Below are positions 1 through 10,175 of a stretch of DNA of 64,000 nt, one piece after another. The DNA lies in assembly GCA_022605425.2 (NCBI GenBank), contig CM061246.1, positions 1,240,001 through 1,304,000 of the forward strand, given 5' to 3'. This DNA comes from Hamiltosporidium tvaerminnensis FI-OER-3-3. Taxonomy: Eukaryota; Fungi; Microsporidia. The translations under genes were made by a program, and so were the position numbers. The notes beneath the pieces are model-generated. The model saw nothing but the letters and a program-made list of their open reading frames with translations, was not told the origin of the DNA and did not search any database. Position 1 is the first letter of the stretch, and each line of letters opens with the position of its first letter.

Positions 1-652
1 CTTTAGAAAAATAAAAAAACAAATTTATTCTGTTATCCTTGCTAAATACAAAAATTTAGAAATAATTTTCTATATTTATTTCAAATATTTTTTGAATCAA
101 TAGAATCCTTCTAAATGTTTCATGTTCAATTCTAATCACTAATATTATTGTGTAAAATTTATGAAAAATTAAAAGTGTCATATTAGTAATCCAAACATTA
201 TTAATGGTTTCTTTCTTACTATTCCGAAGTTATTAAAAATTTCAAGGAAATTCGTCTTCGCCGGAACCTTTGTCGACTGTATACATGATGAAATCGTAAA
301 TAGTATCGATTATATAATAGATAAAATGTTAATACATAAAAATTATCTTAAAGATGCAAATTAATGGTTTGCATTTATTCATACTCTTACGCATCTAATG
401 TATTTCTAAACTATGGGATTTTTAAATTGACTTTCATAAAAACAAATTTTTAATTCTGTAGTTTCTGTTACAAATTATTGGTGTCTTTGGTAAATCAACA
501 TTTTCATCCGTTAAATAACTTTATTTATATTTTTACATGTATATTTTAAAACATACTATCAAATTATAAAATTTCTATTCAAAGTTTGGTTGTTTTGAAT
601 AATACATAAATATTATAATTGTTTTTCAATATACAATTATTTAAAACCCTCA

Positions 653-3600
653 CATGGGTAGAAAGAAAAATGTTGGCAGCGAAATATCGAAAAATAATAA
701 AATAAAGGCTGCAAACGACGCTGATGAGGTGAAGAAGAATGATAGTGAGGTACAAAAATGTAAGCTACACCCACCGGCGATTTCCCTACCTTCCTCCTCC
801 TACACAACAATAACACCTCCACCACCAAGCCAAACATGCAGTAAAATGCAAAATAGTGGGCTTGACACCTTACCTTCGCCTAATGCACCAGTTCCCTCTT
901 CGGTTGAAGTCTCTGCGTGCGAGCCATCGTACGACATGACAAATCCCTGTACTCTAGCTATTCCGGAAGGTAACAGGCTAATGGCATTGCGGACGATATT
1001 CGATTCCGTAACAGCCGACCCGAAGGAATGGCCTCGAATTGTTTTTTTTGCAGTACAGACAAGGTTTGAAAGAATGCCAAGAAATGGCTGGACAGAGCTT
1101 CACAGGTACTATAATGAAAAATTCGGCTGCACTGAAACTCTCGAAGTGTTAAAAAAATTGGCACAAAGTGAGATGGGAAAGGAAGTAAAATCAGAAGAGA
1201 ATGGAGAGCGACGTAGAATCGCCACTTGTCTCGCTGATACATGCACCTTGACCGACACCACGGAGTACATAAACCTGAGAGATAAATTCTTGAGTAAAAT
1301 CAAAGAAATCTCGGAGAACGAAATTGGAAAAGTGGTGGTCCGAACTAGAAAACATCCAAATGAATTGGTTGATAGTAAAGTTCTGGATCTCATTAATCGA
1401 GTAGTCGGTGAATATGCAGGAGCTCATGTACCTGAGTCAATTACGGAAGCCGCGTATATCATGCAAGCTGCGCAGGTATGCTATGACGAGGCAACACGCA
1501 AAGAAAAGCCTAGATCCGCTTGGAAGGAAAACATAGAAAGTAAAATTTCTAAGTTAGTACTTTCCAAAGATCTTCTCGAGAAGGCTCGTAAGCAGGATAA
1601 GCTCTCCACTTCGGAAACGAAGAGCCTTAAGAAAATCATGCGAGAGTTTAATTTAAACTTGAGCAGTGTAACTGATCTTTCTGAGGCTTTAGTTAAGAAG
1701 AATGAGTCTTTGAATGTTTACGAGAAAAAAATTTCGATGCATGAAAGTAGGAAGCAATTCCGAAAAGAGAATCGTATGTTTGAGCTTTTCCGAGGTCGAT
1801 TTTATCGTGGGTTATCTGAGCGTGTGGAATCCGAGCATGTGGTTAGTCGTGATGAAATTGTGAGTTTTTGGTCTACAATGTGGAACAAAAATGATGACAC
1901 AGTCACGTATGATGATTATTTGATTCCATTTGTATCAGATAATCATCCGACCACGTTTCCTTCACTTGATGAATTTGTAAGTATCATTAATTGGCTTCCT
2001 AATTGGAAAGCAGCTGGAATTGATGGTATTTACAATTTCTTCATTAAGAAACTTACAACGCTTCACAAATATCTTTATGATATTGTGAAAGTTATATGTT
2101 TAGAAGGAACAACTCAAGCTGATTGGTTTTACTGCGGGCTTACGTATTTGATACCGAAAGGAATTCCACGAAGAGGCTCTGACTACAGGCCAATCACTTG
2201 TATGTCCAACCTCTACAAGTTAACGACAAAGTGTGTAACAAAAGTCGTTCAACTTGAAGTGGAAAGGCGAGGGTTGCTTGCAGAGAACCAATTAGGGGCG
2301 GTAAGAGGTGTGCAGGGAGCGAAAGAGCAGGCTCTACTGAATATTGCCTTAAATAAAGAGTATGGAAATAATCTTAAGGCAACATGGATTGATGTTAAAA
2401 AAGCTTATGATTCAATAGATCATGCTTATTTAACTCAATGCATTGAAAACCTTAATTTACCTGATTGGATCCTGAAATTTATTAAGGTAATTATATCAAA
2501 ATGGAAAATTGATATATCAGTAGGGCCTGAAAAAATCATGAGCAAGAAGATTGATAGAGGGATTCTACAAGGAGATAGTCTGTCACCTTTGTTATTTGTG
2601 TTGTGTATGGATCCATTAAGCCGAAAGCTTAATGAAAAATACACAAAAGTGACAGTACAAACAGATGCAGAATCCCACTCTACTAATCATCTCTTGTTTA
2701 TTGACGATCTTAAGCTCCTTGCAAAAGACAGCTCCACATTGAGTGCTATGACAGGCGAGGCAAAGGAATTTTTAGAGGTGATTGGCTTAGAGATTAACAA
2801 AGAGAAGTCAGCCACAAATCATACGTGTTGTGAAGATACTGCTACTCTTCTAGAAGGTGTTAGTGTTTACAAATATTTAGGAATAATAGAAGATAGCAGA
2901 GGAATCCCAACACGTAGCTCATTTGAAGAAGTACAGAGCAAACTTATATCAAGAGTTGAAAGACTTTGTCACACTAGATTAAACGCAAAAAATTTATTTT
3001 CTGCAATTAATCAACATGCGATATCGTTAATCAACTACCACATAGGAGTACTTCGACTTGAACCGGCTGACTTCTCTAAGTTAGATGATGCAGTGCGTGC
3101 GGTGTTGGTGAAGAATAAAATACATCTCCGCCCAGGATGTAAAGAGCGTTTGTATCTTCCTAGAACAGAACTTGGAAGAGGCCTACATAGTGTTGAGTTG
3201 CGAAGCGAACATATGCTTCTGCAACTCTTGGATTGTCTGGAAAAAAGTAAAGAAATATCAACTAGACGAGCAGCAATCCTCAAGGTGGAGAATAATAATA
3301 AAACCCATCTTGCACTAATAAAAGGCTTCTTAAAAGTAAAGTACAGGTTGGTAGAAGAAGTCACTAAGAAAAGTTTAGAAGAAGCTCAACTTGCAAAACT
3401 ATATAACGAAATAGAAAAACGAAAACTCCATTCAAAGTTATATAATGCAAGAAAAAATGAGCTTGTGAGTGTTAGTGACTCTTCAAGATGGCTAAAGAGA
3501 GGAAATATTAGGCCACGAAATGAAGCTGTGTTCTGCTATATCCAGGATAGAAATGTATTCTGGGGAGCAGATGGTGTGTGTCAACATTGCGGGAAGTCTG

Positions 3601-4458
3601 GTAAGACTGTAGATCATCTAGCAACTAGATGTGGAAAAATGCTAGGCCATGATTACACTAGACGGCATAATGAAGTGGTTAGATGCCTACACCTACTTCT
3701 CCTAAATAGATATAAGTTTAAGTCTTCAAAACGAATAAGGAGTCACTCAGTTCAAGAAATTCTTGATAATGAGTATGCAGAGATAAGAGTGGACACCAGA
3801 ATTAAAACTGATGTTAAAATTCGGAATAACAGACCGGACATATTTATTTATGATAAGAAGAACAATAAGATAACACTTATTGAAGTAGGAATCACTTCCC
3901 AAGATTCACTTCAAATAGTTGAAACTGAAAAACTTAGGAAGTATGACCTGCTAGCCAATGAGTTGGGTCTTATTTATAGGTGTAGTGTTGAGATAATCCC
4001 TTATGTGATGACCTGGGACGGTATTGTGACAAAATACCATAAATCTCATCTTAAAAGACTAGAAATACCCATGAATGTAGAGGCATACATTCAGTCTATA
4101 GTACTTAAGAAGACAGTCGAAACAATTTCCTTTGATCGACGAAGAGGACTTGAGTCGGGACTAAATGCCGAAGAGAGCTGGGAGAGAGCGTCAATGGGTG
4201 TTATTATGAGATCAGAGATGCATGAGGAACCAATACCCCCTTTAAAAGAAGCGAAAGAGAGGAAGATGGTGTTAAAATTTTAAAACCAAAAAATAATACA
4301 CCCCTTATTCCACAAGGAGGAACCACTTTAGAGGAACCGACCAATAACATGAATGAAGAGTCGGATTTAGAAGAAGAGAAAATAGTGGTTAAAGAGGTAG
4401 AAGAAAACATATGAAAATGTTAAAAATATTTTAACCCAGAATTTTATTAAATAAAAAA
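653..4458 (+). mobile_element. Full-length non-LTR retrotransposon, RT + restriction-like endonuclease (R4/Dong-like)
   Basis: Single long RT/REL ORF. Family 3' end AACCCAGAATTTTATTAAATAAA. Flanked by the 14-bp direct repeat ATTTAAAACCCTCA at 639-652 and 4459-4472 (TSD). Confidence 0.93.
654..4283 (+). CDS. Retrotransposon protein (reverse transcriptase, CCHC knuckle, PD-(D/E)xK endonuclease)
   Basis: KAAGIDG, YRPITC, DVKKAYDS, QGDSLSP, LFIDD, YKYLG; CQHC..H....C; RHN; RPDI..IEV..K..KY. A 1-nt deletion near 4256 relative to sister copies moves the acidic tail (to the stop at 4412-4414) out of frame. Confidence 0.93.
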   Translation: MGRKKNVGSEISKNNKIKAANDADEVKKNDSEVQKCKLHPPAISLPSSSYTTITPPPPSQTCSKMQNSGLDTLPSPNAPVPSSVEVSACEPSYDMTNPCTLAIPEGNRLMALRTIFDSVTADPKEWPRIVFFAVQTRFERMPRNGWTELHRYYNEKFGCTETLEVLKKLAQSEMGKEVKSEENGERRRIATCLADTCTLTDTTEYINLRDKFLSKIKEISENEIGKVVVRTRKHPNELVDSKVLDLINRVVGEYAGAHVPESITEAAYIMQAAQVCYDEATRKEKPRSAWKENIESKISKLVLSKDLLEKARKQDKLSTSETKSLKKIMREFNLNLSSVTDLSEALVKKNESLNVYEKKISMHESRKQFRKENRMFELFRGRFYRGLSERVESEHVVSRDEIVSFWSTMWNKNDDTVTYDDYLIPFVSDNHPTTFPSLDEFVSIINWLPNWKAAGIDGIYNFFIKKLTTLHKYLYDIVKVICLEGTTQADWFYCGLTYLIPKGIPRRGSDYRPITCMSNLYKLTTKCVTKVVQLEVERRGLLAENQLGAVRGVQGAKEQALLNIALNKEYGNNLKATWIDVKKAYDSIDHAYLTQCIENLNLPDWILKFIKVIISKWKIDISVGPEKIMSKKIDRGILQGDSLSPLLFVLCMDPLSRKLNEKYTKVTVQTDAESHSTNHLLFIDDLKLLAKDSSTLSAMTGEAKEFLEVIGLEINKEKSATNHTCCEDTATLLEGVSVYKYLGIIEDSRGIPTRSSFEEVQSKLISRVERLCHTRLNAKNLFSAINQHAISLINYHIGVLRLEPADFSKLDDAVRAVLVKNKIHLRPGCKERLYLPRTELGRGLHSVELRSEHMLLQLLDCLEKSKEISTRRAAILKVENNNKTHLALIKGFLKVKYRLVEEVTKKSLEEAQLAKLYNEIEKRKLHSKLYNARKNELVSVSDSSRWLKRGNIRPRNEAVFCYIQDRNVFWGADGVCQHCGKSGKTVDHLATRCGKMLGHDYTRRHNEVVRCLHLLLLNRYKFKSSKRIRSHSVQEILDNEYAEIRVDTRIKTDVKIRNNRPDIFIYDKKNNKITLIEVGITSQDSLQIVETEKLRKYDLLANELGLIYRCSVEIIPYVMTWDGIVTKYHKSHLKRLEIPMNVEAYIQSIVLKKTVETISFDRRRGLESGLNAEESWERASMGVIMRSEMHEEPIPPLKEAKERKMVLKF

Positions 4459-4987
4459 ATTTAAAACCCTCATCGTAGATTAAAGCAGTTTTTATATTTT
4501 AAAACCATTATAAAATTATTTGCTTTAAAAATATTTAAAAGATCGAAGTATTTCATATTACTGTGTAAAATTCATTTTCTATTTTAATTCATATATTTTC
4601 AACCAGTAATTGGTTTCCCTTTCATTTTCTTGTTTTTTTTATTTACTACATATATTTCTTTCTATTTTTTTGAATACATTAAATTAAAAACTTCTTACTA
4701 ATTTTCTAAACACTTATTCTTCATATATCATATCCTCTTCATTTACATCTATCATTTGAATAATACAAATTTATGTAAGAAAATAATCAAAAATTAAATT
4801 AAAATGTTTGCATCAAATAATTTATCAGAAATTATTGTTTGCAATTAAATAACTTCTCTATTTTCAGAAAAAATACTGTTAAATTTTTCTAAAATTTTTT
4901 TATTCTGGATTTATCACCTCGAATTCTTTCTACATGATCTTAAAAATTTAAAGCCATAAAAACGAAATTGTAAATTAAAAAATCAAT

Positions 4988-5271
4988 TTTTATTTAATAA
5001 AATTCTGGGTTAAAATATTTTTACCATTTTTTATATGTTTTCTTCTACCTCTTTACCCACTTTTGTCTCTTCTTCCAAATCCGACTCTTCATTTATGTTA
5101 TTGGTCGGTTCCTCTAAAGTGGTTCCTCCTTGTAAAATAAAGGGTGCTTTATATTTTGGTTTAAAATTTTTTGCACCATCTTCCTCTGTTTTCGCTTCTT
5201 TTAAAGGGGGTATTGGTTCCTCATGCATCTCTGATCTCATAATAACACCCATTGACGCTCTCTCCCAGCTC
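4988..5271 (-). mobile_element. 5'-truncated copy of the REL retrotransposon
   Basis: Reverse complement of the family 3' end. TSD GTAAATTAAAAAAT(C/A)AAT at 4970-4987 and 5272-5289. Confidence 0.9.
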
Positions 5272-5462
5272 GTAAATTAAAAAATAAATATACATATGAA
5301 GGAATTATAGAATAACATAATAAAGTTTAGCACATCTTGTCTACACTAGCTTCTTTGAAAAATACTTTTTAAAAAAAATAAAACATTACATAACTTATTT
5401 TTTTATTTCAGAATGCAAATTTTTAGAAATTATTAGCATTTATTTTTATATTTAATGCTTTG

Positions 5463-6193
5463 AGTGGAAGGAGGATAACCACATAAAAAACTTTCTGCTT
5501 AGCAATGAGTGTGTGAAACTTGTGTGAGATCATTGTTTGGATTTTTGGTGGGAATAAAACCACACTACATCTTCGGTTGTTCCATGAGAGTTGTTATGAG
5601 GAGAAGAGGTCTAAGAAATGGAGAAATTTTTTCTACAAATTTATTTGTAGTTTTTTATGTAACCAGATTGCAGACCGCAGCTGAACATGTAGGTAATTGC
5701 CATTTAAAAGCATGGAAACCTAGCCTTGCTCACTCGAGTTAGAAGACTTAGCGCCTGGGAGATATAAAAATAAAAACCATTTAAAACCAGGAGAGCTAAG
5801 TAGCAGGTTATACCTGTTGGTATGACATTGCACTGTCTAGGTGGACCCCATGTAAATCTCTGAAATATATCTTAGCTAGAAGTTTATTGGGTTCAAAAAG
5901 TGTAGAGTAAGTGGGAATGCTGCATAGTCTTGGGGGAGCCCGGGGGGGGCTTCGGCCTTCGATAACACTCCATGCAACGGACATAAACGAACTCCAGGCA
6001 ACTGCCTCGCCTAGTAATTAGGTTTTACACACCTGTTAGATGAAAGGCTTTGAGATTTAGGTATCACAGGGGGTACTGATGGAGTGTTGGGATAGAAGTC
6101 ATCTATGTTAAACCTAGAACTGCATAAATGTCATGGAAACAACTATAAAACTTGCCACTGTTTTAAAAAGGATGTGATACTTTTAAATAAAGT
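5463..6193 (+). mobile_element. ~720-nt non-coding retroposon family, copy A
   Basis: Colinear with 46193-46921, 60351-61070 and 42595-43295. Head GTGGA.GAGGATAACCAC, tail AAAAG..TGTGATACTTTTAAATAAA. Direct repeat TATTTAATGCTT at 5449-5460 and 6206-6217. Confidence 0.85.
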
Positions 6194-6240
6194 CTCGGCT
6201 TACTCTATTTAATGCTTCATTTCAAACCGATCTTCTATAT

Positions 6241-7660
6241 TTTATTCAATAAATTTTGGGTTTAACAAATACCCTATATTTAAAATATTTTATTCCTCCA
6301 TTTTAACATATTCATAACCTTATTCTGAATCAGACTCTTTCTTCATGTATTTTTAGTGGTTTCACTGTGGTTACGCTATCTGAAAGAAAGGGAAATATAT
6401 TTTTTGTATTTACTTGTTTAACACTATCCTTCTCATTTTTCACTCCCTTAAAAAGAGGTGCTGTTTGTATATTCCTATCAGCTCTTTCAATAATCATAAT
6501 GACGCTATTCCAGACTCTCTTTGGAATTTTGGTTCGTCTCAAGTTCTCTTGCCATTCAAAAGAAATTTTCAACTCTATTTGTGATTATTATCGACTGAAC
6601 ATATGCCTTTATATAATAGATATTAGAAGTCTTGTAATATAATCTTATGATATTCCTTAACAAAATATCCAAATTTATCATCTAAGGAATTATTTCTACC
6701 CTTTATTTAAAAATAAGACCTAACTCGTTTGTCAATAAGAAATACTTCTTAAGTCCTCTTTATAAACTATTTGAGGTGAATCTTGGGAAATAATTCTTAC
6801 ACCGTAAGCGTTACCTCAAAATTTTTTATCTTATCTAAAATATATATCGAGACCTTTGTTACACATTATGACATCGTTTTTTATTCATCTGTCCAATATT
6901 ATTTCTGCATACTCATTTTTAAGAATTTCTATATAAGTGACTTCTAATTCATTTTGAGGACTTATTTATATATATTTTACAAGGTGTAAATAATGCATCG
7001 TACCACTTATTTAGGCAAACTGTGCTGGTCTTGTCCAAGAAATTTTGTAGATTGTGTCATTAAATTATTTACTGGTTTACCTGACTTATACGGTGTTTGA
7101 CACATTGCTTTCTGCCCCTCAATTAATAAAAATTGAAAACTTACATATTTATATTTGAAATTCCATTTTTAAATTACAGGTCTTTTGTTTTTCATATTTC
7201 AAGATAGAATCGCCTCGGTTACCTACTTGCCTCAAGAAAAGGTTAAATTTTCATCATTGGATTTCAAAATCTTGCACCTCAATCAAACTAATTTTAAAAG
7301 GTTCTCATCTATTATCATATTCTTTTTTGTCTCTTGTATTTTTTCATATAAGGTTCAAAAAATCGTGTATTTTTTATATTCTAATCTCTCTTTGGATTTT
7401 TTTTCTCTGTTTATATTATGTCTTAAATACATTGAATGGTTAAATCGTAAATGGATTTAATTGCTTTCTGTTTCTTCCTTTCCGTTATTATATGTGTTAC
7501 AAATAATTTTCAAAGTCGTGGAGTGTCTGTATTTACTCTTTTAATTTAATCTTAACTTGAATATTTTTAGCTTCTAAAACATGATTCAAATGTCATTTTC
7601 ATTACCGTCTGCTTAAATTCGCTTCAATAATAAATAGTATGTATGGTTCACTAAAACCCC
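6241..7660 (-). pseudogene. Decayed, internally deleted REL retrotransposon
   Basis: Family-like 3' end at 6241-6267. Remnants of the REL/CCHC region up to ~7150 adjoin remnants of the N-terminal WKENIESKI region (~7460). No RT remnants seen between them. Confidence 0.6.
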
Positions 7661-8857
7661 TGTAAAATACCGAGGATTAATATAACACAAAATATTGTCA
7701 GGTATATTTTAATTGAAAACATTTGATAATATTTGGGTTATTTTTAAATTGTTTTGGGCTAAATGTTTTAAGCAATGTCGATATGAATGCATCATAAAAT
7801 GATATTTAATATGCTTGTATTTTGATTACATTTAATCATAAATTATATCGATATTATTCCGAATTTTGCAATATGATTTTTTGTAGGACTAAAACTGTTT
7901 GTAAGTATGAAGTTTAATTTTTCATCACAATAATATAATCGGATTGGTTTGACACTTAAAATAATAGTTTTGTTTGAAAAATCTTGTAATAAAACACTAA
8001 ACATGTTTTTAACCACAAGGAAGGCGACATGATTTAATTCATATCAAAACCAGAAAATATAAGCCTTTCAACATATTTAGATTTAATGTTTTAATTAATA
8101 TTTAGTAGTATTGCAGAAAATTATATTTAAAATAAGATACCTTTTTGTTTTTCCTAGAATATCAATTTCTACGTTCATTTAACTAAATAATGAACTAATT
8201 AGTTGCAGAAATCTGGATTATTTTTGTATTCTGTTTTATGGTATTTTTTTAGTGTTATGAACATTCCACAAAAAAACTATAAGTTTGAATTTTTCTTATT
8301 GAAAAATATTTTATAAATTCATGCACCCTCTGAAGACAGGCCAAACAAGAAAAATAATGCAAAACAATTAAAAATAAAATATAGCAAACTCACCGTAATT
8401 TAGATAGTCCAACCACATCTTAAGCAACCGAAACTAAAAACCAACTAATAGTAGGATATAAAAGAAGAATGTGAAAGGTTTAATATGTAGAATATGATAT
8501 AAAAAAAAGAGTAGAAAAGCCATTTTCCGATTCGAAAATACATTAAATTTTATGTTTGATAGTTTTCATTTTGTAGATAATTTCCAAATTTTACGATATT
8601 ATGTCACTTTTTCTCATGCAAATAGATTTGCCCTTCATTGTAAAGAATACAAAAATAGAAATAATTATATTTTCCTGAAATTATATTGCAATAGAATCAT
8701 TTTTAGAGAATAAATGTATGTATTTAATTTTTTTAGTTTTTTTTAGAAATAATAAATATTTAGTGAATTGCCACATTGTTTAGCAATGTTTTCATACTTG
8801 CCTATTGAAAAGAAAAGGAAGACTTTAAAAAAAATTTAAGAAATATTCTTTTTATAA

Positions 8858-9085
8858 GTCACTAACGGTCTAGAGCTAGAGGAATCGGAAATTACTTCGG
8901 AAGAGCCGCCTTCGATCCTCCGGTTTTCGCACTCTTTATCTTTCGTTCTGAAAGTTTATGTGAAGTTGACAACTTAACCAATCAAAGAAAATCGTCTTTG
9001 TAACGCCTTGAACTTGGTGAAGCTATGATTCATCGTTGTATTGTGTTTTATCCGTGGGGAAGGAGCGAGCTATTAAATAAATAAA
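8858..9085 (+). mobile_element. tRNA-derived SINE ending in TATTAAATAAA
   Basis: Head has A-box-like GGTCTAG and B-box-like TTCGATCC and resembles tRNA-Glu. The 3' half is repeated at 22648-22776. The tail matches the REL element terminus. Confidence 0.65.
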
Positions 9086-10175
9086 ATTCTTTTTTGAAAA
9101 CACTTTATGGTTCTTAAATGCAAACGGACCAAAATGGAAATTTATTAAAAAAAGCTTGTATAATAAATAGAAACTTACCAAAAAAAAGTCCCAAACACAT
9201 CAAAAATATACCAAGAAAGGCCCTATATAATAATGTAATTACCAAAATAAGAATAAATACATAAAGAAAAAATAAATTTACAGTAATTAACTTCCAGATC
9301 AAAAAAATTTCTCTCTAATATTATTACCAATTTTAAAATATTCACACATTTATTTTCTTCCATAAATTTAAATCTAAAATTATAATATAAATTTTGGAGT
9401 TAAATTTTTACAATAAATATACTTCTAGAAATTTCACGTTATACTTTCTTTAACTAAGAAAAAGAGAATATTTTTATTTCAACTTTTATTTTTCGAACCA
9501 TAACAGAAATTAACCAATTAATAAATGTTATATTTCGTGGAATTCAATTATTTTTTGAAATAATTTGATTGATTCAATTTTTCTAAAAAACGGAAATATA
9601 ATCAATTCAAAACATATTTTTATTTCAATCAACTAATTTGATGATCTAATAATTTGTACATTATACTTAAATCTAAAAAAAATAATTTTTGTATATTTGT
9701 ATAATTAAAATATTAAAAAAATAGATATTCCGTCTTAAAATCATTTCGATTCTCGTCTTTAGTTTTTTATTTGAGATTAGGCTTAAAATAAAGTTTTTTT
9801 TCTTTTTATCAACTTTGTATCTGTATGTATTCTTTTTGTTATTATTTTGACGATTAAATGCCTTAATAATTAGACATCTATCCCTAATAAATGTATCATT
9901 TATATTAATTGAAAAAACGCCCAGTTTGAATATTTATAAATAGAAATATTGAGATTTTTTTATATGTTTTCTAGCTAGTATCTTATTAATTTCGATTTAA
10001 GATATTGTAAGATTTAAATGATAATTGATTCGAATGATTGAATTGTGAAAAAGAGTATCCTAGTTTTTATTTAATTATAATTTTAAAAGTAGTTTTTCTT
10101 TATGTGGCTTTCCTTCTATTTTTAAATAATCATTATAATAAAAATAGTCATATATAGATATATTGAATTTAATAT

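Noticed and set aside
637-4410. Minus-strand ORFs over the retrotransposon, and similar antisense ORFs over host genes
   Set aside because: They are shadows of the long sense frames with no independent motifs.
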